Shown one piece after another: positions 23,581 to 37,855 of a stretch of DNA of 64,000 nt. Numbering within the stretch: the stretch's first letter is position 1; each line of letters begins with the position of its first letter. A model generated the notes under the pieces. The model was not told the origin of the DNA. It saw only the letters and a program-made list of their open reading frames with translations, and ran no database searches. The stretch comes from Rhynchobatus australiae (Eukaryota): assembly GCA_034780895.1 (NCBI GenBank), contig JAUZTB010000057.1:5227707-5291706 (forward strand), read 5' to 3'. The translations under genes and the position numbers were made by a program.

Positions 23581-26500
23581 AATCTAATTACATTTCCCAG
23601 CTGTTAGTCTGCAATCTTGTGCACTATGACTGTTGAAATATTTACTTGGGTAATGTGCCATCTACATGTGTGACTGTCCACACATAATATTTCAGGCAAT
23701 ATTATTGGGCTAAACTGTTAAGGTATTCTGATTACAAGTGCAAATCAAGTTTTCCTATGTAGAAGTGGGACCTTTTCAAAATGCAAGCAGTAAGGGAGTA
23801 TTGATGCTTTCTGCTTCCATTGCAAGTGTGAAATTGTAATGATGGTGACATTCAAGTGGTGAGTTAAATCATTCTTGAGCTGATGAGCATTCCCATCTGA
23901 AGCATTCTAATTATTTAGACTAGTGGACTTCAGTGTTCAGTACAACTTAAAGGTGCTCCACTTCAGCAATGCCAAATCAAGAATCTTTTTCTTTTGAAAA
24001 GTATCAGCTTTCAAAAGAAGGAATTTTTTTTTGTGTGGATAGTGCAGTGATGAAAATAAACACATTGATTTGAAGAATGGTGAACTTGTCTTGCATCAGT
24101 TTGAAAGCCTGTGATCTAGTACCTTTTGAGAGAAACTTGAATGGCAGCAGGATGACACGGAGTTTGCTAAACTGCAAGCTCCAGTTCCTATTATTTTTAT
24201 ATATACTTTTACAGTGCAGTGTTAATGGCATTTGTGTTACATGGGTAATGATAAATCTTGTCTGTTTTGCTAATGTGCAGTCACAAGGTATGTTGCCATT
24301 GGAATCCAGATTTTGGCAATAGAGAATGCTAAGTGCTGTCGTGCAACATACCCATGTACACAAGATGACAACTCATTTAAAATAAACAATTATTTTTGTA
24401 ATGTATTTTTCTATTTCTACTGTACCTCTCAACACAGCCTTTAATACACTGTTGACAATAGTGATGAATATTTAATTCTGACTTCACCTATCACCTGCCA
24501 GCCTCTATCCCAACCCTACCCCACTCCCCTTGTACTGCTGCATACTGGCAGTCTTTCCTCTTCCCTCAATCCCAATGCAGGGTGTTGACTCGATGTCGAC
24601 TTTTACCTTTTGCCTCCATAGATGAAGTACAGCACAAGAACAAGCACTTTGGTCCAATGAGTCCACACTGACCATCAACTGCTCATTTACAAAAATCCTG
24701 CATTAATGCTGATTGACCCACTGAGTTTTTCCAGTGTTCTGTTTTTTTTGGTTGCACTCTTATTCTAATGGTGAAGCTAATCATATAAGGCTTCTATTCT
24801 GAGTATAAATTGTGTGAAGGCTCCTGATTTGGGAGTGGTATAGTGGTATGTAGATTGAGTCAGCTTCTGGAGAGTCTTTTGGGTACCATTTTGTATTTTA
24901 CAGTGCTCACTTGTATTAACTGCCCCAGCCACTTGACCACCCTTTATTCAAAGTCATTCCAAATAGTTTTAATTCTGGAACAAAATTTTGAAATAGTGGT
25001 CAACTGCATGAAGTTACTCTCTCCCCATCTTTTGTCTCAAAAAGAGCTGTATGTGATTTCTGTTCTTCTAAGAATAGAAAGTGTAACAAGTGTACAACTT
25101 GCCCCTCGCCCTACGTGTGTACCCCCATTAGCTGAGCAAGTTCACACTGTTTGCAGTTATCTTGCACTGGGCTGGCTTTGTATTATGAAGTACAATGAAG
25201 TAATCCACACTGGTTTACTGCTTTACATTTGGTAATGGACAATGACTGGTTCTTTTCCTATTATACAGTTTTAGGAATATCCACAGAACGAAGAGTTGAT
25301 TCTCCATTGTTTCCTCTGAGCTGAATAAGTAGAACATTTTGTGCTAATTTGAGCTCTTGGGCAGAACTTCAAAGTTGTAACCCAAATTGTTGGTTTATTT
25401 CCCAAATGATAGTTGGGTTATAATACAGTTTTATTTCAGTATGTGTGCAAGTTGCTTGTGTTTGAAATCTTAAATCTTGACTAGTTGCAGGGATTGCTCA
25501 GCAGGGATTCACTGTAGGAGTTAGAAACATGAGTGCTGTCAAACTTTCTGTGCAAATAGTAACAAGACAGTGATATTTCAAAATCTGATTTGATCGGCTA
25601 AATATAACTTAGAATTCAAAAGCTGCAACCAGCACTTAGCCTCCTTAGTCAAACCATTAGGACTCCTTTTTAGAAATAATAATCATGTTTAACAGCTTCT
25701 TTTGTTTTCTGTATATTTAAAATGTGATGGGCCATTGGGGAAGTAGGTGGGAGGAGTTAAGAGTCTGACAGTTGAAGTGACAAGACCACGGAAGTACCCT
25801 GGGTTAATAACTGTTTACTAATAATTCTGCTCTTGCACTGTTTGATTTTGTAATGCCTCCAAAGCAGCTCTGTTACTGGCATTGGCATTTGCTAGTTAAA
25901 AAAAAGTCACACCCTTTTTTTACATTTGCAAGGACTGCTTATTTGGTGATGAGTTTTAAGGTTTATTAGAGAGACAGGACTTTTATTAGTTGCTTTTATT
26001 ACAAAACTTGGAGGGTTGGTGGTTGATACAGGTTTCTGTTCTGTTTTATTTATGGGCTGGGGCAGTAGCAGAATTTTGCCCCAATGTGAAGTTGATATTT
26101 CATTATGTGGTAGCCACAATATTACAACAGTGCTTACTCTTCAGGGTATTTACAATTACTTGCTGTAAAGCTCTGGGATGTTCTGAGGTTGAGAAAGGTG
26201 CTTTCTAATGTATATAAAGATGTCATCTTGGTGGACATACTGAATATTTATTTGACATGAGTGCAACTGTTCAGTTTCTGCTGTTTATTTAATTGTTACA
26301 TGAATGACCCACGTAACACTGAACAGCTATATCAAAAGAGAGCATCTCTAGCAGTGTTGCACCAACATTAGCTTATATTATCTATTCTTGTTCAGAATCC
26401 CCAGTCTTCTGCCTTAGGTGAGTGTGTTACCACTGAATCATGCCTTCCACCTTTTTGATTTCAATGTAAATAGGGCAATGGAGTATGGGGATCATTCACA

Positions 26501-29500
26501 GATCGTGACTAAATAGACAGTGATACTGGTTTTACTTCATTAAATACAGGAGGTGAAGTGGGAGAGATCTATACCAAAAATTCAACTCCATTACTAGATC
26601 ATATGGCAGTGCCAAGAAAGCTTTTTGTTGAAACAGCTGGCATCTTAATGCAGAAATGGGAAAATTCCATTCCACTTTAATTTCAACATTTCTCTTGCAA
26701 AGAATTGTGTTGGATTGGTTGTTATGGTGCATTATGCATACCATTACTCTACAAGGAAAATTATCCTGAATACGTAAAACTGAGAAGCATGGTTTTCACG
26801 GAAATAATTTCAGTTTTTGATGTTGCTACTGTAACTACAACATTGCTGATTATAGTTCTTCAGAATTTAGTTAGTCATTGGGGTTGAAGCCAATGGTATT
26901 GAAGATCCTGATCAGCTTCAACCCTGTATAGAGTGAAATAACTCCAGAAGTGGCTTAATGCAAAAGTAGCTTGCCAATAATTCTGTTTAATTATTTACAC
27001 AGGTCTCGAAATATGAAAGAAATGGCTTGTATATGATATTGGGAGAATAAAGCAATCACTTATGTCTGGTCTGAAAAGAGCTTGATTAAATCCATGGGAA
27101 TAAGATGGAGGGCATATGGAATTGCTTCTGAGTATTACATATTCAAGATTGGTCAAGCAAGAAGTGACTAAAATGATTTGATAGAATAAAATTTTATTAC
27201 CTCCCTTGGTAATGGCAGAGGGTAACTTTATGCTGGGTATACTTTTTGCAGTTGGATTGCTTAGGTGATAAAGTGTGCATGTCTCTGCATGCCTCTTATT
27301 GGATAGATTAGGTTTTTGAAATGTCATTTAAAAATGTGGGTGTGTAAAACATCCTTTGAAGCTAAATGTCAGTTTCTTTTTGACTAATTTTTTAGTCTTT
27401 AAGCTGCTCTTTTTAGCTGTGGAGAGGGAAGTGAGCAGGGCAGTTGCCACTCTTTGTCTTGAGTCTTCCAAAGAAATATCTGAATTAGAGTTGAACATCC
27501 TTGTCTATGATGCTTCATAATTGGCTCAACTAGCCAGCCAGATTCCTTTTCATTTAGATCATGAAGAGCAATAACATAACATAGTTACTTTAAGGATGAA
27601 TCTTGGACCTTTTTGCCATTGAGTACTACTTTGACTATTTGGGTACTCTTTTGCTCTGAATCACTTGCATCCACCAAAATGTTTATCAATGTCTAGTCAA
27701 CCAGTTGATACCAACTAATGATTTGCAGACTACTGTGTGAATTCCTGTGGGAATGGGTGCAAAGGCAGCATCATAAGCCAGGACTTCAGTGTCTCGGATG
27801 CTGATGGAATAGTGGGGAATTGGGATGGCAGTGTTACTACTGTGGCCCCAACTGCTCATAAACTTTGAGATGTGGAAATGGATTGAGTGGTTATTATCTA
27901 GGATGTGCAAATTCTATTTTCATGTTGTATTTTGACTTATTGGCATGTTTTTTTTGCACTGAAGTGTTACAGAATTGTTTCCCATTTTTTTTAAAACCTA
28001 TGACTTTCCTCATGTGAGAGTCCAGAATGAGGTGGCATGGTCTCGGTAGGTGCTGCTGTTTGGGGGTACTTTGAAAATTAGTGGCTAGTTTCATTATTGG
28101 CAGAAGTTACTTAGGTGGACATAAGTATTTGCTGGAATTTCCAAGGAGTATGTCAGTATTAGCACTAATACCCCTCAGAAGGAAAAATACAAAAATCATT
28201 GCTTTGTTGTTTGTGCCTATCTCCTAATGGAGCATACATATGGTAATGTATTATTAGTAATGGCTTCGTAAATTTGTATTGTAGATGAGTGTGCTGCACT
28301 GTTAAGTCCATGATAAAGTAGCTGCATGTCCTGGAGTTGATTTTAAGCCTTGGATTTTGAAATGGAAACACCTGGCAATGTAAATAAGGCTGAAACAATA
28401 CAGATTTTGGATTACTTTTTTCTGATTGCAATTCTGTAACTGGTAACTAAACCCAAGCTGCTGTTCTATCAAAATAGAAACTTCTCCAATAATATAGAAG
28501 GCTTTCCTCACCGGTTACAATGAGAAGCATGAATCCTTGGCATATTGGTGCTTTCTGCTAACTTTCAGGAGCTTTCTCAGCATGAATTCTTCATGAAAGC
28601 AGTTTTAAAATTAATCAAATTGGAAGAATATCCACAAAACCTTATTTCATTTAAACCTTCATCTAACATTACTCTTAAGTTTTGATTGCAAGATAGGATT
28701 GTTTACCAAAAAATGTTCCATTGAGTTTCTATGCATACATTACAAAGTGGTTTAATGTCACAAGTACAATGACTGTTGTGCTTGGCTCCATTTCTGTTGT
28801 GTAAGAGGTTAAATTAACTTTCATGGCAACACTTTTTAAATGAACCAGTTTGGTAAAGTATCAAGCTGCACATTAGAATTTCCCAATTTCATCTCTAGTG
28901 TGAGCTGCATTTCATTAACTCAGTAGTTGGCTAAGAATCCTGCTTTAGTCAACTGAGAATAATGTTAGGCTTGAGACCACAATGTTTCATTTGCCCCCAC
29001 CTAGACTATAAGGTGGAGGGTTGATCTATTTAAGAGGAAGTTAGATAAATGAGAGGGAAGGGAATGGAAGACACATTGGATGAAATAGAGAAAGGAGGCT
29101 TTTTTTGTTAGGCCAATCTGGATACTTTGATATTTGATCATTAATGATCATAACTAAAGTGTAGATAATTAGATAACTCTTTATCTTTAGTCCCTTTTTG
29201 CTTTAGGCTGCATTATCTGTGGTAGTTGTTTTTGCTGACATGGGGATGTTTGCAAGCAACCTTCCTTGTAACCTGTCAGCAATAAAACCCTTGAGTACCA
29301 GTGTATGTAGATCAAAATCACAATTAGATTTAGTACTGAAGAAAGTTCATTTTGATAATCTGAATACTTGATGTAGTGCATACAGTGAGTGCTAAGGGGT
29401 GCAAGGGTAAAGTCAAATATTTTTGACAGTTGAGGAATGAATAACTAGCTTTATTTTGCTGCTGATATCGATATTTGTATTGCAATCCACCTCAACTGTA

Positions 29501-30143
29501 GATTACTAGAGGGTTACTTATAACACTTCCCACATGTTAAATCATGGGTGTTCATTTTTAAGATGTTTTTTGTGTGAGTGTTATGCTTGTACTGATAAAT
29601 GAAGTGCTGCTGCCGCTTGGTATTCCAAAAGAGCATTTCTAGTTTGATCTGTACTAACCACCAGCATGATCTTGGAAGATGTGTTAACTCCTGCAGCATT
29701 TGTACAGGGCTTTGATGAGACCAAGTCTACAATATGATTTTCATATGCAAGAGAAGTGTAGCAAAGATTCAGTAGATTGAGAAACTCTGGTATAAATGAG
29801 ATTATTTAGTCTTTATCAACTGAATCACAGAAGAATGAGAAGAAAGCAGATTGAAATGTATGATTCTGATAAGGGTTGACATGGTTAGATGATGAGGGGC
29901 TGGTCCCTTGGACTAGTGAGCCTGGAACCTGAGGATATAGTCCTATATCATTTATGACTGAAATTTCTTTCCCCAGGGGTCTGCGGATGTTCTGTTGTTG
30001 AGTGTACTCAAAGCTGTAGGTTTTTTGTTTAATACAAGGTGATCTAGGATTATGGGGATCAGACAAGAAGAGGGCTTGAAATGCGGGATCTGCCATGACT
30101 ATTGAATGACAGAGCAGGGCTAAAGGGTCCATGGCTTTCTGTT

Positions 30144-31099
30144 GGCGGGTGGGGGAAAAAAACAAGATGCTGGAAGAACTCAGCAGGCCAGGCAGAATCA
30201 GTGGAGAAAAACAGGACTCTTCAGGATTGAAGATGGAAAAAGGGGAATCCCAATATACGGTGGGAAAAACAGTAGTGATAGGTGGACAAAAGGGGATGCA
30301 GGTGGGCGGAAGGTGGTGATAGGTAGATGCAGGTATGAGATAGTGATAGGCAGATGCAAGGGAGGAAGGGAGAGCAGATTCACTGGGGGATGGGTCAAGG
30401 GTAAGGAGACAGGCATCCCATGGGGGGAGGGGAGGAAATAATGTTGGTGATGGAAAAAAAGAGAAGCTAGGAAAGGGAAGAAAAGAGATGGTGGAAAGAG
30501 CTTGCACCTGCATCTCTGCCATTTCCTGCACCTCTGCTCTCACCCCCACCCCTCCCAGACCCAACAGGGATCAGGTTCCCCCTTGTCCTCTACTTTTCAT
30601 CCTACCAGCCTACATATCCAACACGTCATTCTCTGCCATTCCTGCCATCTCCAGTCTCTCGCGACTCCCTAGTTCACTCTCCCCTCCCCACCCAGAGACT
30701 TTCCACTACCCCCACCATAGGTGTAACACCTGCCCCTTTGTCCTTTCTTTGAACTGCCCCCAACTCTTGGGTGAGACGGAGATTTACCTGCACCTCCCCT
30801 AATATCATCTACATTCAGTGCTCCTCTACATTGGCAAGACCAAATGCAGACTAGGTGACTTTCGTAGAACATCTGCACTCCTTCCATAACTGTGATCTGC
30901 ATCTCCCTGTTGCTAGTCATTTCAACTCCCCCTCCCACTCCATCACTGATGTCCTCGGCCGCCTTCACTGCCAGGAGAAGTCCAAACGCAAACTGGAGGA
31001 ACAGCACCTCATTTTCCATCTTGGGACCTTTTATAGCCTGAGTTCCTCCAGCATCTTGTTTTTTCATCCAGATTTCAGCATCTGCAGTCCTTTATTTCT
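30144..31099 (+). mobile_element. Penelope-like retroelement remnant with GIY-YIG endonuclease fragment, inverted termini and 14-bp TSD
   Basis: Frameshifted CNTCP, NIIY, LYIGKTKCRLGD (YIG at 30827-30835) and FVEHL...LPVASHFNSPSHS...RKLEEQHLIFHLGT. Direct repeat CATGGCTTTCTGTT at 30130-30143 and 31100-31113. Confidence 0.85.
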
Positions 31100-31264
31100 C
31101 ATGGCTTTCTGTTTCTATTTTAATGTTTTATTCTTATGAGTAAAGATTGTTCAGGATCCTATAACTTCTAAAATATTTTAAGATGCTGTTCAAATTCCTC
31201 CATTTGTGTCCTTTCCATTCTGGCCTCTATCTTTTTCAAACCTCCAAATGCTGCCCCTGCCCCC

Positions 31265-31775
31265 CTCAGTTCAGTTCTGGTCACCTCATAGAAAGGATGT
31301 GGAAGCTTTCGAGAGGGTGCAGAGGAGATTTACCAGGATGTTGCCTGGATTGGAGAGCATATCTTATGAGGATGGGTTGAGCAAGCTAGGGCTTTTCTCT
31401 TTGGAGAGAAGAAAGATGAAAGGTGACTTGATAATGGTATACAAGATAAGAGGCATAGATCAAGTGGACAGTCAGAGACTTTTTCCCAGATCAACAATGG
31501 CTAATACAAGGGGACATAATTTTAAGGTGATTGGAGGAAGGTATAAGGGGGATATCAGGTAATTTTTTTTACACGGTGGGTGCATGGAACGCATGCTGGC
31601 AGAGGTTGTGGGGGCAGATACATTAGTGACATTTAAGAGACTCTTAGCCCCTTATTTTTCTATCATTCATGTGTCTGTGGGTGGGAAGGGTTAGATCTTA
31701 AAGCAGAATAAAATGTTGGCACAACATTGTGGGCCGAAGGGCCTGTACTGTGCTATGGTGTTCTACGTTCATAAA
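31265..31775 (+). mobile_element. CR1-like LINE 3' end (relatively well preserved)
   Basis: ORF 31206-31562 contains VQFWSPHRKDVEAFERVQRRFTRMLPGL...LGLFSLERR...TRGHNFKV, the CR1 ORF2 C-terminus; followed by tail GGGCCGAAGGGCCTGTACTGTGCT...TTCTA. Confidence 0.85.
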
Positions 31776-34700
31776 AACAGTGAGAACAAAAGTGCCAACT
31801 TTCTATCTTCGCTGGGGATAAAATGAATTCCAATTGACAAGTAATTCTGATCTCTAAACGTAAGCAATTTTCAAAAATAAATTTCATTGTGCAAAAATAA
31901 ACTGGAGGAAAGGCTGATATTATTGATATCATCAAGTAAACCATTGATGCAGCATGGCATTTACTTTATCCTGAACTCCTGTTGTCTTTGAATCCACTGA
32001 TTTGCTTGTTTAGTTCCTTCCAGATATTCGTCACCCTTTGAGTACAAAGGAAATATTTCCTTTTTATAACCGAGATGAGCTTTGAAGCATCCTTCTGGAT
32101 TTGTTGCTTTTACTTTTACGCTGGCAGGAAACATTCATGACTTTGAAAGATTTGTCATACTTGTAGCATGAGTATTTGGTATAGAACAGGCCAGAAACTG
32201 ATGCATATACTCATTTGTAGTGTAAATTTGCTGACACTAGCAGAAGTGAACATGATAGTATATTGGTAGTTCACTAAGGAAGTATGGAAACATTGGATAG
32301 TAATTGTCACAATGTAGAGTGACTATAAAATTCTAAAAGCATGTCTGGACTGTGGTTGAGTACCTATTTTTAAGTACTGAGGCTGTGGGAGAAGCAGGTT
32401 TAGCAAATAGGGAAACAAATTTGGTTGTATTATGAGCTTATGGTCCACTTTTGAGTGGAGAGAATTTTACTGTGTCCCTGACTCTTGTACTGAAAAGCTT
32501 ACACTTTTGAGTGGGGAAAGGTGGAATGATGAATAATTCAGCATGTTTTATCCAGATGCAGAGTACTGAAATCTCTATTTAAATACTGATGTATCCTGTG
32601 CATTACCAGCAGGAGAACTAGCCCAATGTGTTGGTATAGCAGAAAACTGTTCAGTGAGTGCAAGTTTGGGATAGAAAACAAAATTCCATATCCAGAAAGA
32701 GCTATTAAATTCCATCTCCAGTGTGAGACTAGAATGTCCTCAGAATCTCAAATACACCAGACAGTTGCTGTACAGGCTGTATATTTTGTAGTATCAATGC
32801 CATGAACGTTGTGGCAATACTAAAAGTTGAGTGTAGGGCACTGGTTTGGCATAATCCCCATTGTCATGCAAAAGAATGAATTACTTGGGATACTCTCATC
32901 CACTGAGTGGCTAAATACAAAGAAACATTGGTGAGGTCTTGAAATCAGAGAAAGAAACATCAAGTGATTCTTTCTAATAATAACAGGAGATGAGATTCTC
33001 ATGCTTTTTGATATTTAGAATGAAGTGGAGAGCTGTACTGCAGTGTTTGATGTGATGCCTTTGACACTAGTTCAGTCTTAATCCNNNNATGTGAGGTTTT
33101 TGTGGTGTAGAATCATTACTTTGCTCTGATTAGGGAGGTGGGTGAAAGTTGGAAGCTATTTCCAGTACCAAGTGGAAAAATGCTGCACAAAACTATTGGT
33201 AATTTAGATTTTTGGCTTAAGAGGAAATGCTTGGGAGAACACTTTAAATGTTACTTGACTATTTTAAGCAGATAAGTGTTCTGAGTACAGTTGACTGTAT
33301 TTTCAAACTGATGTCATGGGTGTTGTTTCAAATGCTCTAGAAATGTGACATTCAATTGACCACATTGAGAAAAGGTTCTGATGCTTGATACATTTGTATC
33401 AAAGCTATAAAAGATCTTGGGAGTTACAGAATTTTTCAAATGTCACTGCATTATTTCTAATGCTGTAGATAATCCCTAGTTGTAGGGAATTTCTAATCCA
33501 AATGGGAGTGCTTTTCATTAAACTGGTTCTTTTTGGAATGGATTGCCCTGCCTACAGATAATCGACATTACTTTTCCTACTGTTTTGTATTAAAAAAGTG
33601 GTTTATTATTTGAAAATCTTTATCTGTTGGACAATTTGTTATGGAGTTGCCAGGCATGCAGTGCAGCTGTGTTCTGTTATTTAACACTTGTCATTTGCTT
33701 TCTTTGAGTACACGAGTTTGTCAATATTGTAAATCTTTGTAATGTTATCAAGTATTTAATATTCCCTTTTCTAACCTGCTATTCATTTTGTGCATGATAA
33801 CAAAAACATGAGAATATAAATGGGAGCAGGGGAAGGCATTTGCCTCCTTGAGCCAGCTCTCTTTCAACAAGATTGTAGCTAATCTATCTCTCTCCCATTC
33901 CTTGATTCATTTAATATCCAGGAATCTAGCAATCTGTTCAGAATGCAATCAGTGATGGAATCCACACCATTCCTGGGTAGAGATTTCAAAGATTTGTCAC
34001 CTTGAATTTTTCATTTCGGTCCTAAAGGTTGATAGTCTAAGACAATAATTGGGAAGTCTCAAGCTGGTTTTCAGTCATGGACACATCTCAATTAAAATTG
34101 ACAAATTTTTAATTTGTATAGTTGTTCTTGGAGCAGAGAAGGTTAAGAGGGCATTTGAGCTGTAGAAATCCCAACTGATTTGGGTCAGGAGAATAGAAAA
34201 GCTGAGCAAAGGCCAGAGAACATGCTTGAAGTGAGAGGCAAAAGATCCAGGAAGGAAAAGCTCAGTGAATTGTTGTGTGCTGGAATACACTTACTGAAAG
34301 TGTGGTGGAGGCAGATTTAACCACTACTTTCCAAAGAGAATTTAGGAATTATTTAAAGATGAAACATTTGCAGCACAGTAGGGAAAGACTGGAGAAATGA
34401 GACCAGCTAGATTTCTCTTCAAAGCTTATACTGGCTTGGTGAGGTGAATGATCTTTGGTGCTGTTATGTTTTTAACTATTGTCTGTTATAACTTTGGTGA
34501 AACACCTTTGGGACACTTTGGTTTTATTAAAAGTGGAAGTTATTGATACACTATTTATGGACTTAAGTACATACCTGCATTTAGCAGCCCACCCTGTAGT
34601 TATTTATTAGAAATATGCAACAGTACCTGGAGAATATTTAAACATTCTGGCTGAATGGTGATATTTGTGTTTGTTCAATATGTTCAAGGGTCTTGGGGAC

Positions 34701-36204
34701 AGGTTCTGAAGTAAAAATTCATTGAAGTTCCATTTGATGTGCTTGTCAAATAACATTTGCTAATAAATGAGTCTTGCAATACTTTTCATCATCATAATCT
34801 GATGTACTGCTTTGCTTTATTTTGAAAGTGGTATGGAACATAATGTTTTTGCCAGTAAGCATTTAATGCAGAGCATCTTACTTTATCCATGGAGGTATTA
34901 CTATTTAGGACTCTAGCACAGGGAGGTAGAGTTCAGAGGAACTTGGTATCTGTTGAATATATGCTGTATTGTCAGTTTTTGAATGGATTATTTTCACATC
35001 GAAGTGATGCACATTGTAAAATTTTATACTTGAATGTCCTTGATGGGTTTCAGAGTGTAAATGAACAATTGACTTGTTTTCCATTTGAAAAAATAATCAC
35101 ACTTAAACTAGTTTATTGTANNNNNNNNNNNNNNNNNNNNNNNNNNNNNNNNNCCCCCCCCCCCCCCCCCCCACAAAATAGGCTTTAGTTGTCAAAAGAG
35201 ATGATGGCACTATTTATAGACAACTGTTTCATTCTAAATGTATCACTGGAATGAAATTAGCTGAATTTGGTTAATAGTTCTCTAATCATGGAAGTTTTAT
35301 GAAAACTATTCCTTTTATCAGTTTGGTAATCCCTGAACACTTTAGTAGGTCTTGTTCACTTTGAGCACAGTTGCCTTTGGAAGCTGGGTAAATTATTGCT
35401 GCTTTTGGGTTCTGGTTGAGTCAGTGCTGAAGAGAATTTTCGGTGGAGAGGGTGAGGGCAAAGGAAGAGTAGGTCTTCACGTTAAATATTTGTTTGCATG
35501 CAAGTATTGTAAGTGGTGCAGAGGGTTCTTCATCCTTAGTGATATGCATAAGCAGTGAATGCTGACAATCTTTATACTTAAACCTGTAACTAATGTTTGA
35601 GAGGAGCTGGTATTTAAATCATGCTTAAAATAACTTCAAATGAAAGACACTTGCAGTTTATTTTTGTGTGGAGGAGGATTAATATGGAGATGGTTCATAC
35701 TCTGCTTTGCAGACATTAGCATTTTCTTTTGAGTTTCCCACTGTTTCTTCTATGATATGGGTTTTTAATATAGTAAAATATCCCAGGGCATATTTTAGAA
35801 AGATTTTGACGCCAAGACACAGGAATAGTTGAGCAAAGACTTGGACAAAAAGTTAAGGAAAAGGGAGTGATTAAAAAGGAAATTGGGGACACACTAATGG
35901 TCTCAAAGGCATGGACTGAAGGAGGCTGCAGAAATGACAGGGAATTTGAAAAATGTTTTAAAATGTGAGGCATTCCAGCACCTGGAGCAGTGTATGTAAT
36001 TCTATCATTTCTGTTGCATTTTGAATTTGAAAGTGTCTTCCTTCTGTAAAATTTTCATCAAGATGCTGAGCAGAAGCAAGGGATGAGATGAAGTATCTGA
36101 ATCTTTCCAACTTGCTGATTCAGGCATCCATTTTGATGGTGAGGTTCTGGGACCATATGTTTAAAAAAGTTACAAACTTGGAGACCATAATATACCTGTT
36201 GAAA

Positions 36205-36432
36205 CAACATACAAAGCACTGGAGGAACTCTGGTCAGGCAGCATCTATGGAGGGATATGGACAGTTGGTGTTTTGCGTTGAGACCCTTCATTTGAACTGG
36301 TTGAAGAGTCTTGACCCAAAACGTTAACTGTCCATTTCCCTCCTTAGATGCTATGTGACCTGCTAAGCTCCTCTGGCACTTTGTGTGTTTCTCCAGATTT
36401 CCAGCATCTGCAGTCTCTTGTCTCTGTCATGC
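36205..36432. mobile_element. Fold-back Penelope-derived element with TSD
   Basis: Imperfect inverted arms 36206-~36295 and ~36302-36389; flanking direct repeat ACCTGTTGAAA at 36194-36204 and 36433-36443. Confidence 0.8.
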
Positions 36433-37554
36433 ACCTGTTGAAAGTGCGTAGTGTAGGAGATGGTGTCTATTGTGCAGCTATATTGGTTATGGGGAATAAC
36501 CAGTCCTCCTTTTGGGCAAATGCTCTAACTTTCTGCTGAATGTTTCTAGCATTTTCTGTTTTTATTTCAGATTTTTAACATCTGCAGTTTTTTGATTCTT
36601 CACCTTTTTGGCTACCACCCTCCAGTTTTCATGGAAACAAAGACACTGGAAACAATTTAAAGTATCTTGCTAAAGAAACTTGGCATTTATAATAGCTTAA
36701 CTTGATTAATAAGTGCAGATGAATGTAAAACTAGGATCTGCTTTCCATTTCAGAATATGATTATAAGATGTGCTCTTTGCTGTCAATATTTAATTCAGTT
36801 TTGTCATAAGAATTTCAATAAACTACTTGGTTCAAGTGTGAACGCATAAAGGTGTCCCAGTGCTATAGTTAGATTTTATTATTATTAGATTTTATTATTC
36901 TAACAAGTTGTCTGTGATGTAATTGACTATGCAATTGAAGGTGTATGGCATACTTGTTGTAAAAACCTCCTTTCTCTACAGTGTTTTTGGCAATAAAGCG
37001 AGCTTGGAGAGTTTTTACTGTGTAATGCCATATGCAGTATAAATAACCTAAATATGGCACAGCTGACTTTGTTTTCCAATCTGCAGTCATCATATCTTCC
37101 ACCTCCTGTGGTCTAGTTTAAGCATCAGGCCATATTGATGTGTTCATGCCATGATAGAGAAAGCCATCAGGATGTAAGAACATCAAAGTGCACAAACCAC
37201 ACATTCGTGTTTCTATACCAAATTCTGAACTGGTAGTATTTCAGGAAAATGTGCAGGGTGGCTGAAGATGGTGAGATTAATCTCTTAATATATAGCAGTG
37301 TAGAGACTTGTGTGAATCTCCTGCTAATAATACAAGGAGGATTAAAGATGCTTGACAAGCAAGAACCTAAAATTTTCCCATGTAATGGACGGGGCAAACT
37401 TGGTATTTGTCCAGAATTTAACCCTTTTTGCACTGGGGAATGGAGGTATAGTGTTTTGTGGCAGAAGTAAATGTGTATTGTAAGGCTTTGAACTTTTCTG
37501 CAGAGACTAAGATTTCTGTGTGGTTTTAGAAGTGATTTCAGCAAGTGTGATTGC

Positions 37555-37855
37555 CCCTGTTAGTGCTGCTATCTCACTGCTCCAGGGAATTGGGTTCATT
37601 CCTGACCTTGGGTGCTCTGTGTGCAGGGTTTGCACATTCACTCCCCAACTACATGGGTTTCCTCCTAGGTGCTCCAGTCTACTACGAAATCCCACTGAAG
37701 TACTAGTACGTTAACTAGTTACTGTAAATTATCCCTTTTGTATAGATTAATGGCAAAAAGAATCAGATGAGAATTCCTGGGCATGTGGGGAAGAATAACT
37801 TGCAGGGAAGCTGGCCTGGACCTGATGTGACAAATGGCTGCCTCCTGTGTCATTG
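37555..37855 (+). mobile_element. Degenerate V-SINE
   Basis: GGGTTCATTCC B-box-like; GGGTTTGCACATTCACTCCCC...ATGGGTTTCCTCCTAGGTGCTCCAG V-domain. Confidence 0.6.
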
